From the NCBI GenBank assembly GCA_051294375.1, contig CM119263.1:28557280-28621279 (forward strand): a stretch of DNA of 64,000 bases, read 5' to 3'. Origin of the DNA: Paraspadella gotoi. Lineage: Eukaryota > Animalia > Chaetognatha. The stretch's first letter is position 1. Each line of letters begins with the position of its first letter. Position numbers and translations under genes: made by a program. The notes under the pieces were generated by a model, which was given only the letters and a program-made list of their open reading frames with translations, was not told the DNA's origin and ran no database searches. This document shows positions 11,623 to 26,636 of this stretch, in pieces.

Positions 11623-14483
11623 CTAAACTGGTTTCATCTCGCAAATGAATCCCGTGACTAGGACCAGACAGTCGCACTTCCAGGTGTGCCACTTTCCGGT
11701 GCTGGCGTCGATCACGAAGCAAGAGTTCACCTTGTCCTTGGCCATGTTGGAGAAAGTCTGCGTCCCCGCGGAGCCGCCGGTGCTGGTGCCGCCGCTGGTG
11801 CTGCTGCTGCTAGAACTACTACTGCTGCTGCTGCTTGAGCTGCTGCTGGTTATTTGCCGCTTGCCGATGGAGAAACTGCCAGAGTTTGAACCGCTCGTGC
11901 TGGATGTACCAGAGTTGCTGCTAGAACTGCTGCTCTGGCTGCTCTGACTGGTTTGGCTGTTCTGACTGGTCTGGCTAGTCTGACCACTCTGGCTAGTCTG
12001 ACCACTTTGACTGGTCTGGCTAGTCTGACTGTTGGTCTGACTGGTTTGACTCGTCTGCCCGGTCTGCCCGGTCTGTCCGGCGCTCGGCCCGGCGAGGTTG
12101 TCCTTGGTGCCGGTGTTCCCTCCGGCCGCCCACTTGAAGTTCTGAGTCTCCCGGCCGCCGATCCAAAAGTAGTTGCCAGGCGACGTCACGTTCAAGTCGT
12201 AGTTGATGATTTGAGTGACCAGGTCGTTCTCGGCCGCTGACTCGATGGATACCAGGCTCGCGCCTGTATGGTGGGGGTAAAAAATGGGAATTTTTTTCTG
12301 TCTCTCTCTGTCTCTTTCTCTTTCAGACTTTCTTTATTTCCTCATCTTTGTCTTTCGCGTCTTTATTTATGTCTTTTTTATTTATTTTTTTTTTTTTCTT
12401 TTTTTTTTCTCTCTTTCTTTTTTGCTATATTCTATTCTTTTTAGCTTTTTTAAAAAAATAAATAAACAACTTTTCATTTAAATACGTAAAATTTATACTA
12501 TAAACAAAATGACTAAATCAAACCCCTTATAAAATGTCCTTACTCCCACCTATCTCCCCTTCTTTCCCCGAATTCAAACTTACCCATTGTCTTGCAGTAA
12601 TCGTTTCCGAAGAACCAGTTCTTGTTGACCTTGATAAACTGGTAGCACTTGCCCATCCCCGGATGATAGAACCACCCATGATCCGGGCACAGATTCGATC
12701 TCCACTTCACGCCGTCCAATTTCGTCTCCATGAGATAATTGCGCGGGAAAGGGATGCGGAACCAAGTGGGTAGAGACTCTCCAGAAGAGGAGGAGGAGGA
12801 GGAAGAAGAAGAGGAACTTCCTCCGCCCCCGCTCGTGGAAGAGGAAGAGTTGCTGGAAGTGGAAGAGGAGGAGGAAGAGAAGGAGCTTCCGGAGGAGCCT
12901 CCAGTAGCAATCGCGCATTGATAAGCCTCGACGGTCTTGTTGTTCTTCTTTGTCCTCAAGACGGTACAGACTTGTCCCTGAGACTCATTTCCGTTAAGGA
13001 CATCGAAGGAATCCTCCAGATTGGACCAAAACGACGTCTCGCTGCTCCAGCCTCCCGTCTTGAGCAACGACGTCGCCTCCTCCAACTTTTCCGTGACGTT
13101 TTTCTCGTTTTCGTCCAACTCTGAGACGATGTTGTTGAAGTAGGTGTCGAGGGCCTTCTTGACGGCGGATCCGTCGTCGATGGTGATGTTGGAGGTCGTC
13201 TTGTTGATCTCCTCCAACTTCTTCTGCATGTCGCCCAGAGTGACGTTGACGTCCTTGAAGTCGGTCTTCAAGTTGGTGTTCAGATCCGCGACCTCCTTGA
13301 GCAGAGCCTTGGATTTGTTCTCGCAGTCCTTGACGTTGTTGGAGACGACGGAGACCGTGTCGTTGATCTTGTCGAGCCGCTTGGAGACGTCCTTGTACTC
13401 TTGAATCGGTTCCACTGGGTCGTTGGGGTTGCGGACCTTGCCCTGCCGCAACTTCTCCAGCATTTCGTTGAGGGCCTCGTGATTGGCTTTGGCCATCTTT
13501 CCCACGGCCACGTCGAACTCGTCCACGCTCTTCCGCAACTCGGTCAGGTTCTTGGCGACGTCTCCGTCGTGATTCTTCATCTTGTCCAGAGTGTGGTCGA
13601 GCTGCTTCTCCAGTTGTTCGTTGCGGATCTTGACGACGGCCGACTCGACGGTCTTGGCGTCCTTGGTCGAACTCACTTTCGTCGCCGTGGACGACTGCTT
13701 GAGCGAGGATAGCCGCTCGAAGACGCTGGTGCGGAAGGCGGTGCCGCTGCGCTGCATCGCCGCCAGCATCTCCTTGACGTCCTGCAGGTCCGATCCGTTG
13801 CAACTCTCGCGCTCCAAGCGGATCACGTCGTAATTAGTGATCTGGTAATGGGGCGGATATTTATTAGAATCGGTTTGTATATATATATCAAGAACTATTT
13901 CATAAGTACATTACACAAATTTCGGAAAAGATCGTTAGAACTAAAGCAAGTGCTTTTTGGTGAGATATATTAATTGTTTTAATTTTTTTTCTTAATCCTA
14001 GTATGTTGACTTTTTGGAAGGTTTATTTTCTTAAGGTTTATTTGTAAATTATCTAACTTTCTTTAATTAAGAGTATTTTACAGTACGAAAAAACCTCAAT
14101 AGATAAACGCAAAAAATATTGTTTTTTGTTTGCGCTTTTCATTAATTTGTTTTTTAATTTGTATTCCTCTCTTTCAACATTTTTGTCGTTCGTTCGTTTG
14201 TATATTTATTTATTCCCGTTGCTAAACTGACCTCGTGGCCATCGGCGTCGTAGAATCGCGTCCGATTTCCGTCGTCTCCATCTTCGGTTCCATTGCCCCG
14301 ACGCCAAGGCAAATGCGGGCAGCAAGAGAGGAAGAATGTGGCGAGAATGTCGATGAAGACGCAAATGATGACGATGATGAGGACGATAATGACGCAATTC
14401 ACTTTCCGGTTGATCCGTTTCACTCTCTTCCGCGGGTCTTCGTATTGGCGCGGGTTGTCCAGCGCCCCGCCGTAGGGCGGCAT
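11623..14483 (-). CDS. Type II transmembrane C-type lectin with coiled-coil neck, 716 aa, 3 exons (14483-14232, 13841-12584, 12263-11623)
   Basis: GT-AG introns with matching phases (0, 1). Basic cytoplasmic tail, then TM (VNCVIIVLIIVIICVFIDILATFFL), heptad-rich neck and Ser-rich linker. CTLD motifs: CPDHGW..KCY..W...CKTMGASLVSIESAAEND..FWIGG..FKW..C...GKW...C...FICE. Confidence 0.92.
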
Positions 14484-14986
14484 TTTTTTAGGTGAGGGGG
14501 TTTTTAATCCAAACGGGGAGAGGAAGCTGTTTCGTTTGCGATGTTGATGTTAATTTTCCTTTTTTTTTTTTGTTTTGTTTTCCAGTTTTATCCTTGTTTA
14601 TTTTTTCTTTTTCTTTTCATTTTGTTTGTACGATCATCGCTGGGCTTGTTGGGGCTGGAACAATTTAAAAGGTAGGATGTTGAACGAGAAGTAAATGTAA
14701 ATTGCTTATGTTCAGTTTAACTTCTTTGTTTTTATTTTCATACAAAATATTGACTATTGAATAAATGAAAAAAGATATATTTAGCCACTCCCGAGTTAAA
14801 CTCTTTTCTTAAAGGTTTTTTTTTTAATTACCTTTGGCCCCTTATCGATGTGGCGTTGTAGCTTTTTTCAAATTATTATTTTTTATTTTAATCCATAAAA
14901 GAAAATACGATGTAGTATATCCGTTTGACGCGTCAACACGATACCGTCTCTCCGCGACTGAAATCCTTCGTTACTTTTGACGTTCG

Positions 14987-15017
14987 TTACGTCATGACGT
15001 CATCTTTCTTGACGTCA
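14987..15017. promoter_or_regulatory. Cluster of three CRE/ATF-type sites about 500 bp upstream of the lectin ATG
   Basis: TTACGTCA 14987-14994, TGACGTCA 14995-15002, TGACGTCA 15010-15017. Confidence 0.45.
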
Positions 15018-15631
15018 AGCGGATTTCTGATCTAAAAAAAAAAATTTAAAAAGAGATAAATAAAAGTTAAAAGAGAAAAATCCGCGTTGGCGATCGAAAT
15101 AAAACTTCAAAGTTTCTGTGCGAATCGAGCGTCGACATTCGAGGCGACGCCCAACGACGAGTTAAGGAAAAAATCGCCTTTCTTCGTTGTCGTCTTCGTT
15201 TTCGTCGTCGTCGTCGTCATCGTTGGCGTATCCGTTGATTTTGCGATCGTCGACGTTGTCGTTGTCGCCGCCCTTTGTCAGCTATATTGGAGTAAAGTCT
15301 GTCAATTCTTTTTTTCAGAATCTCCTCTGTCATCGACGTCCTTGGACTTCACTATCCTAATTATGGCCTTCACTTATCTAACTCGTAATAACCTTTATTG
15401 ACATTTAAACCGCGGTCATCACAAATTAAATTTAAATAACAATTTTAATATTTTATTCATATGCCGGTATGTAATTTAATGAAACCCATTATTTATTTAT
15501 TACTTTAGCGCCATAGCCGGAACTTTCTCGAAAAAAAATTTGTCATCTTCAACTACTTGGTCATCGTTGTTGCATTTGTCATTGTTACTGTCGTCGCTCG
15601 TCCTTCAGTGGTTGTCATTCTTCGTCAAATT

Positions 15632-15685
<54 letters not shown>

Positions 15686-17922
15686 TCGTCTTCGTTGTCT
15701 TCGCCTAAGAATATTAGTCGACGCCTCTCTTTAGTTTGTCGCGCCCGACAATTAAAAAGCGAAAAAGAGGGCAGAGAGAGAGAGAGAGAGAGAGAGAAAC
15801 CGTCTTTTTACGGGTACACAACCTTATAAAATTATAACAAACGAACCGAAACTAATAAAAGTAAAAATGCATATGTTAATCCTTTTCTGACGGATAATTC
15901 TCTAATTTATTAAAAAATAAACAAACTTCAATATTCAATCTTCTTAATATGTTTCTTATTTTTGACAGTTATTTCGCATATCTCTAAGTATAAAAGGCTT
16001 TCGAAAATATTCTTGTCTTTCAAGGAAAAGTTACTTTTGTTTTCAGCATTAAGAATGATTTTTTAAAAGAAGATCTCACGAAAATAAATCAATTAAAATT
16101 ACCTGAGAGATGAAAACGGGACTAATCCCATCTCAAGTTTAAAAATTATCATATCATTTCGACAAAGGGTGTTGACATTACAAATTAAATAAACCGGTTT
16201 TTCAGGGTCGTTTTCGCTTTCCCTTTTTCCGGCAAAAATTGAGTAATTTTCCGAAACTAAAAGCGAGGACTCAATTCAATCTTAATTTAATTGTGCATCG
16301 GTTGTAATATTAACTTTTTAATTTATTATTAAACGCAAAAGTCATTTTTCGTTTGAAAATGAATAATGCAAAACTGCACAATATAAATACAGGCTAAATC
16401 CTAAAATATGGATACACCTTATAGTCGCAATGAATGGCAAGATTTATAGTTCTGCCACACACACCTTCGAGCAATGTTCATACTTTATATGTATGTTTGT
16501 TTGTTTGGATACAGTCGGTCGTGTACAAGAAGGGTAAACACCCTGCACAAAACCAAGGGGTGTTGCGCGGCCTGAAAACAAAAGGTTCAAAAATTATATA
16601 TATATAATATATATAAAACATTAGAAGAAAAAAAAATTAAACTCTTCAAGTCCCAATATAGAATATATTATGTAAAATAGTTTAGAATAACGACAAACCT
16701 TTTGTCTGGTGGTTAAGTTCAAAAAGACGAGATATTGACTAACTTTAAAGTGGCTCACTGGTTAATATTCGAACAAATTAGGGTGTGGACTCAATAACGG
16801 CATAACTCACGCATACGCAGAGTGTGAGACATAAGAGTGATAAATAGCACTTATCAAATAATCTGCACTGTCATGCAGGACAAGAGCTTGCAACACACTC
16901 GAGAGTCTAAGTGCGAATCGCTATGATTGCAGAGCGAGATGATACTATATATCGCTAATGCGCGGTGTGCATCTTTAGGACATTTGTCACCTGATACCAG
17001 AGCCATTGAATGACTGAGTATAATCGACTAATGACTCTGTCGAGTTCGCGTGGATCTGTTATAGTAAACACAATCTGCAATTTCGTACGTCATAGCGCAC
17101 GTACGCAGTGCACGAATCTGCCTAGCTCTAAATGCTTCAGTCTACTGACTAATCTCTTCTCTCTCGCTCCTCTTCTCTGCAGACACATCTTCATATACTC
17201 AACACACTCAAGTCCATCAGTGCTCTCGTCCTCTGCTATACTTCACCTCAAACTCCGGCCATACTCCTTCACATCATTACTTACTGCTGCAACTGAGACG
17301 CTTGCGAGTCAGGTTTAGTTCTGATGTCTCTCTGATCATGATTTTCTTGACATGATCCAGAAAACCGAGCAAACCGACAATCCCTTTTGCATCGAGGAAA
17401 GAAATTTTCCTGTTGACGTAGACCACAACCCAAAAAATCGTTGGACAAGAAAGAAAAAAAAACACTTTTTTTAATTTGAGGACAAAAAATAACAATTTGG
17501 GCAATGAGGTTGATACTATTGCCGTCTCGGGATAGCCAATTCCTTATTAATATGAAATGATTTCGTTATTGTTAGTTTGTTTGTTGTTTTTTTTATGTAT
17601 TGCTTATCCCCGGCAACGAGATAAAACACCAGAAGCAACAAAATTAGAGACGAAGAAAAGAACTTGTGACCGCAATTTATTCATGCCATTTTTTTCATTG
17701 AAATTAATCGTTCGCCTGGACATTTTACGAGACCTGACACGCCTACGAAGCGTGGCGCCATTTCGCCTCGTAGAAAACTATGATAATATTTGAATATATT
17801 TATATTTAATATATTATATTTAATAGATTTAATAGATATATTAATATATTATATTTAAATATATTATTATTAAATACATATTTTTCAAGGTCGCACAGGC
17901 AAAAGCTTTGTAACATTCACCA

Positions 17923-17953
17923 ACCGTGAGTTCCGGGTTCAATCCCTCACGGT
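17923..17953 (+). mobile_element. tRNA-derived SINE-like fragment (B-box in a hairpin)
   Basis: GGTTCAATCCC at 17936-17946 enclosed by accgtgag/ctcacggt. Shares ccgggttcaatccc with the element at 63369-63382(-). No clear A-box. Confidence 0.35.
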
Positions 17954-19741
17954 CACGCTGGCATAAACACTAAGGCGTAGTAAAATTTCTAATTTAACTT
18001 TAATTAAAAATTCTAAAAGTGCAGGAATGAACAACATTATTATTAATGAACATTTATGTAATTAAAAATAATTTATATAAATTTTTACAATTTACGCAGG
18101 TAGGCCCATATTTATACTAGTACTAAACCAATAAATGTTAAAAATTTCAAAACAGTTTTTTTCAAAGATATTTTTGCAGATTTGGATTCGTCATAAAAAA
18201 AAGTTGATAAAAAAGAAATATAACTCTTTTTGAAAATTCCTTCATTAAGTGGGTCAAAAATATAGAAAAAGCTATATTTTAAGCTGAAAAATTAACTTTT
18301 TATTATTAATATTAGTTTTTTTAATTTTAACCCATTAATGAAAGAATTTTTAAAAATGATTTATAATTTTCTTTTATCAACTTTTGACAAGGAATTCACA
18401 TCTGCCAATCAAAAAATAAGAAAAGCTTATTTTGAAATTTTTCGATTTTATAAGGATAGTACTAATATATAAATATAGCCTACTGCGAAATTGAAAAACA
18501 TAAAATTAATTTTTGTTTACAAAATTAATGTCACGATGGAAATGTAGTTCCATAATTGACTTTTAGAATTTTCGTATGTAACTGTTCAACATACGCCTTA
18601 ATAAACAACTTCAGTGACATGGGGGTGGTCACTGAGAGGTCATAAGCCAGCTGTCAAGGAGATAGCTCACTCCGCGGACTCCACTCACGTCTCCCCGTTG
18701 CCATAATATAATATTTCCTCGAAATCAATAATTAACAATTACATGAATTGGCTAAGGAACGTTTACTTGTATGATGAATAGGTTGGAAAGCATCCCTAAA
18801 GAATGCTTTGAATAATCAAGGTCTTATTATAGATAGGCGGTTAATAAAAACCGGCCCGTCACTCTTATCTAGAAAATTCCATAAATATCTAAATAAGTTT
18901 AAAAACATTTTTTCTTGTTATCTTTTTAAATTCAACTCTTATATACTTTTAACAAGAAAATTCGAATGAAAAATTCAAAATTTTACTGTCTCCAAATTAT
19001 CAGTGAAAATAAAACCTTAATTAAGAGCATTCGTTTGTGAAAATTTAATTATTTTATAATTTAATTAGGAATATTCACAAACTAGAAATACTACAATATG
19101 CAAATAAGACTAAGCGATCGATAGTCTGTTCACTTCCAATAGGTACAAAGAAAAAGGTTATTAAAAAAGTTATAAGACTGCTTTTGTTATTTTATTTACA
19201 TTTTTTGTTTTTAATAACTGTTAAGAATAATTATACTAATTTGGACAAGCAATTAAATTATAACTACAACGTTTTCCCACTCGAATGTTTTTTTCTTTTT
19301 ATTTCAAATGTTTATCGCCAGGGATCATGCCAGCCTTTCAATTCAAATAACAAATGAACACTACGTTTTTTTACGCCAATTTATTTACGCAAATCATAAA
19401 TTATTTTATCTCAGATTATTATTATTTTATTATTATTGCTTCATTATGATTACTATTTAAATTTTTTTAGACGCTAGCACTATTTTACCGCAAGCTTAAA
19501 TCGGCACGTAACGAATTAATATCCTTTCAATGTAATAAATTGCCGCTCACGTTTCGAATTTTTTATAAGTCACACAGAAATGAGTTTATGCAAGAAATGT
19601 TCACGGAATTATTAAGGCAAAAATGCGTTTCATTTTCGCTCTCATTCTTCCGATTTTATATTGGACATTGTTTTCCAATCAAGGTAAATACGTTTTGTTC
19701 GTCAAATAATAATGAATTTATTTAAAAAACGTTTTTGTTTG

Positions 19742-20941
19742 ATGGCAAGTAAGTGACGACTGACGAGTCTCACTTATCTTTTCGGAGACTTGGGTCATTT
19801 GTGGTCATGAGAGATTATTAAGACGGCAAGGATTTTTATTTATTTGCAGTCGGGGATAAAACCTGTTCAACCTTTTGTGCTTTTTTTTCTCATATATATT
19901 TATATATTTATATATTTATATATTTATATAATTATATATTTATATATTTATATTTTTATATATTTATATAATGAATTGCAGATGATAAAGTCTTTGCCAA
20001 TCCTCCGATATTTGATATCAAGCATGACGATCTTGAGGAACATACTGAACGAAATTGGCAGGTAAAATTAATAAAATAATTTGATTGACACAAGAAAACT
20101 CGAATATTTAAACAATTTTTTAATAATTATTTAAAATTTTAAATGGACAACAAAAAGATATTTTATGAGAAAAATTAAAAAGAAGAAGCTTTTGATGAGA
20201 TAAAAATAATAAAAATCAGACTCGCAATAAGATATAAGAGTGATGGAGGCCTTAAACCACCTAAGCCTGTCCATTGTCCAAAGTCAGGGGCAATATAGCT
20301 TAATTATTAAATGAATGGATAATTTTTATATTGGTTGTACGAATGTGATAAAAAACCAAGTCGGCTATTAGACGATTCGAGAATCAACAATAATAAAAAC
20401 ATTAAAACAAGAACAACTAGAATAACACATTTTTTTTTTTAATTCCCAGAGACAAATTTTTCCAATTTCGACGGGACAATATTCGCTGACGAAATGCAGA
20501 AACGATCTGAATTGGATCTGCGAGAATGTCGTCAGGACAAATCCTTCAAGAATGTGCAGGAAATATAAATGGAGGTTAGATTTGATGAGATGTTATAAAT
20601 TATAATTATATAATTATATAATTATAATTATATAATAATTATAATGTTAAATTATAATTATAGATTAAGGGAAAAAGAATTAAGATGAGAGGCGACTTTC
20701 CAACCGGCCTTTCTCTTACTTGCCCCTTCCTCCTTTCTCTCCTTCGTGCTGGTCAGTCGTGTCACATTTCTTCCCAGGGTATTAAGGATCGGTTTCCATG
20801 CATCGGTTTTGACATAAGACCCCATGTCTTCATTGAGGCCTCTGCACGGGCCACAATCGAGACGCCTCAATTGAAATGTTTGGCGGGGTGGAGGGCTTTA
20901 AATATCCCTGTTGTATTGTTTGACTCTCACCTGCTCTCTGA

Positions 20942-20976
<35 letters not shown>

Positions 20977-21437
20977 TAGCTCTCTTTTTCCCCTCATTTC
21001 ACTTCTACTCCATAACCTGAACGATGATCTGTCAATTAAGATCGAAATATTGGTTTTCAACAAAAATAAATTTTGCACACCCAAATTCGACGTCCTTCGA
21101 CGTCAGCATGCGCTGACTCTACAAAATTAATATTAAACGCATAATTCAATCCTTAACCCGAACCTAATCTTTAACCCTAAATTCGAGTCCCAAACCTTAA
21201 TCTTGAATTTAATCCCTAATTCCAACCTAATTTTAACTAATTAATTCATTTCCAAATTAGAAAAAAAAAAATTTTTTAACAAATTCAAAACAAACGTTTA
21301 AAAAACATTAAACGCAAAAAAAAAAGGTTAAAAAACGTTAAAAACAAAAACGTTTTAAAAAACGTTTTAGTGGGCTTCTAGAGGCAAAGTTTAACTTGTC
21401 ACCGACAACGCAGCAAGAAGTCGTTAGGATTGTATAG
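19742..21437 (+). CDS. Putative small orphan gene, ~92 aa, 4 exons (19742-19748, 19982-20061, 20450-20574, 21371-21437)
   Basis: Phase-consistent GT-AG chain giving MANDKVFANPPIFDIKHDDLEEHTERNWQRQIFPISTGQYSLTKCRNDLNWICENVVRTNPSRMCRKYKWSGLLEAKFNLSPTTQQEVVRIV. No recognisable homology. Confidence 0.3.
20253..20340 (+). repeat. Dispersed ~90-bp repeat (other copies 39570-39659, partial 51128-51177 and 37013-37032)
   Basis: Shared aagcctgtccaaagtcaggggcaa...ttattaaatgaatggataatttttatattggttgtac(caatttcat). Confidence 0.8.
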
Positions 21438-22602
21438 AACGAGGGGTTGGGAAGGTCCGTTCCCGCCCATGAGCCACTTGTATTGGCTTAAAGAAATCCA
21501 AGGTGAGGCGAAGGTGGTTCCACACTACGGGTTAACTTAGTTAAGTATAGTTTTAAAGATGTCAACAAACAATTCCCCCCCCCCAAATCCCCAAGATGCG
21601 AAGAAGCCTGCGAAAAAATATTTCCCAACATCGTGGAGGACGAACTTTGCCCGGACGGAGATTACAGCAACATTTGCCCATGGTTCGCGGATAAATGGCC
21701 CAACAAACTGAATGGCTTCTGCGCCGACGCCTTTCATCGAAGGGCATGTTGCTTTACTTGCAGAGTATTTTATGAGAGGGGAAATTAAAGAAATAATGGA
21801 GGTGAAGAATAATTTACCTCGCTAAGGCTCATTATCTGAGTCTCTTTCTCTTTTCCTGGTCAACCCGTCTGACCACTAGCTTTATCAGCATTGAAACCGT
21901 CCGGTTTAAGGTCGATTTTTAGTCCGGTTTTCCGTGATATTGTCATTCTAATGTTCGAATCATTGAAACGTCTTACCGTATGAAAATAAGTTTCTACGAG
22001 TTTTTTCGATGCAATAATAAAATATTCATTAACATTAACTCTTGTCGTACGTTTTGTACGGGCGACGCCTCAAACGCGCGACCCAAAGCATAGAAAATCA
22101 TAAACAATTTTCTGCAGGAGTTTTTCGGATCGACGCTCTGAAAATGAGGGACAGACAACTCCAGCCACTTTCGAATTCTTTCAATTAAACTCGTGACGTA
22201 AAAAAAATTAAACTATACATTCGAATCGGTAGATTGTTGCTTTTTTTTCAAGGGTCCCTGGGTTATCGAGAAATAGCGACTATTTTAAATTTCAGTCGTG
22301 TTGGTTTTATTCTGTCTGTTTTTATTCTTTGAGGAAAGTGCATTAGTGATGATATTTTTATTGTAGTCTTCCTATGAAAACTCTTTAAAAAAATATTTAT
22401 TAAGCTTTCGATGGTGCGAATAATAACATATAAAAATTGTGACACCAAAGTAAAAAAAAAATCTTACTCTCGCTTCTTTTCTTCTCCCGACGACACGCAA
22501 TATGACCCAAAAAAAGACGTGATCATTGACGTGATCATTGACCACGTGACCATTGTCCTAAGGCCAACAATGATCTCTACCGTCAACGCCTCCAACTCAT
22601 CT

Positions 22603-24385
<1,783 letters not shown>

Positions 24386-25740
24386 GATTGGGGGGGCGTG
24401 GGGAGACGGCGAAGACGAAGAAGAAAAAAATTTAAAAAAAACAAAAACTGAATGAAAATATGGAATCGATGCTAAGTTGAGGATAAAAGAGGGTAGAGGA
24501 GCTAACAAGGAGGAAGTTTTAATGACTATAACTCGATTCCACTTCACATTGATGTTACTTTTAAAAATATACAAAAATATATTTTCTGTTGGACATTTCT
24601 TTAAATAAATTTTGAACGTCGATCATTACGTCCATTTTTAAACAAACGATAGTGCTTAGATTATTCTGACCATGATTGCCAATCGTTATTGCGTCTCTAG
24701 GCGTTGGTTGGTGGAAAGTTGGAAACATTTCGGTTACTAGTGAGATATTACGCGGGCCATATCCTCGCAGTTTAAACTGTTAAACTTCGCGCAGTTTCGG
24801 GAAGAGAACTATAAGTTCACCGCAACTACGCCCTGTGGCGGTCTCTCTCTCTCTCTCTCCCTCTCTCTCTCTCTATCTATCTCTCTCTCTCAAACGTTCT
24901 TTGTTTTTTTGGGCTTCAAGGTATCTCAATAGCGATAACAATGAGGGTCACAGATTTGAATTTTTCTTTGCTTTCTTTTAATATATTTTTAAATACTACA
25001 GAAATATTAATGACAGAAAAAGTAAGAAAAAAAGAAAGAAAAAATATAGGAAAAAAAAAAAAGAAAAAGAAAAGAGAAAAGATAAATAAAAAAAGAAAGA
25101 AAGAAAGACAATATAGTATATTGTATGGGTAGAAAAGAGTGTTATTGAGCTGGATATACAGCTTCGATGGAATAGAGTGCTAATGAAGACTTGAATTAAA
25201 ATCAAAACAACAACAACAACAATGTCTCAAAATAAATCGTTGTTTGCTATAATTCAAACTTTTTTTCAATTCAAAACAAAGATGCTAAGTAACATTCTTT
25301 TGTTGTATTTTTTTATATGGTTTACCAATTTCATTCAAAAAATTATAATTCATTTGGATCAAAAAAAGAGAGACAGACAGACAGAGAGAAGAGAGAGAGA
25401 GAGAGATAATATATATATATATATATGAATATAAAAAGAAAGAGAGAAAGAGGAAGACAAAGAGAGAGAAAGAAAGTGAGAGAGAGATAAAAAAAAAGAA
25501 ATAGAGTGAGAAAGAGATAGAGATACAAAGAGAGATAAAGAGAGAGAGAGATAGAGAAAGAGACAGAGAGAAAGAGAGACAGAGACAGAGACAGAGAGAA
25601 AGAATATGAAAATAAAAAAAAGAGAGAGAGGTAGAAAGAGAGACAAAGAGAGAAAGAAGTGAGAGAGAGATAAAAATAGAAAAAAAAAAGAAAATAGAGT
25701 GAGAAAAGAGAGAGAGATACAGATTGAAAAGAGAGAGAGA

Positions 25741-25791
<51 letters not shown>

Positions 25792-26534
25792 GAAAAATGA
25801 AAAAGAGAAAGAGGAGTAGACCGAGAGAGAGACAGAATATAAAATAGAGGGTTTAGGAATGAATTAAATGCAAATAAATTATTTATTTTTAAAATTAGGA
25901 TTGTTAAGGTTTCGTATGTTTTAGTTAAAATATTTTTATAACAAGGACTGCCATGATGATGATTGACGGCGGGGACAGGGCTTTCAAACGTCAATCCCCA
26001 TCAAAAATAGTGGCGGGGATTCTCCGCCGTGGATAAGGCAGAAGGCTTCAAACAGTAATCCCGTAAAATAGTGGTAGGGATTCCCAAAACAGAGGGAAAA
26101 AAGACAGTTTTCGTGAACAGAAAGAGGGCGCAGTTGAAACTGTCCCCTTATAGCCAGTTCAAACTGCGCCTTATTGGACGGCGTCATACTTGTTACTAGT
26201 TAACTGCTTTAAGCTGCGCATCTTTTACAACTAACTTGAACCCGATAATACGTGTGACCTAATGCGATCTTGTTCTCAATATCGCTAAACCGGTTTTGAC
26301 GATCGCCAGATTTGAAAGAGACTGTCTTCTGAATGTCGAAAGCTGTTTTTTTGAATCACCGAATTGAAAATTATTATTTGTTTTAAAAGATAATTAATTA
26401 AATGCCCAAGTCCAAAACATAAGCGCGAAGATTTTTTTGATCTTTTCGACTCGATGACGTAATCGATGGATCATTTTCGTTCATGAAAAAAAAAATTTAA
26501 AGATTTCGACTGTTTTTACCACTCTCTCTCTTTC

Positions 26535-26636
<102 letters not shown>

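Larger units (their letters stand above)
767..15984. repeat. Large inverted duplication (arms 767-~8426 and 8557-15984) centred on a 25-N gap; probable assembly artefact
   Basis: gagatatgcgaaataactgtcaaa at 767 is the reverse complement of 15961-15984, and the homology continues to the gap at 8532-8556. The left arm is ~3% longer and full of 1-nt indels. Confidence 0.95.

Noticed and set aside
16750-17320. Possible LINE remnant with mid-range GC content
   Set aside because: No reverse transcriptase or endonuclease motif recognisable in any frame.
19760-19795. Hammerhead-like CTGACGA followed by a gtctc/gagac stem
   Set aside because: The required GAAA after stem II is absent (ttgg instead).
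20486-20512. Minimal hammerhead-like CTGACGA-6 nt-GAAAC
   Set aside because: No stem II pair, and no stem III closing or NUH cleavage triplet.
21150-21240. Interstitial telomere (also 48610-48690)
   Set aside because: Only highly degenerate CCCTAA/TTAGGG-like hexamers; more likely the low-complexity core of a dispersed repeat.
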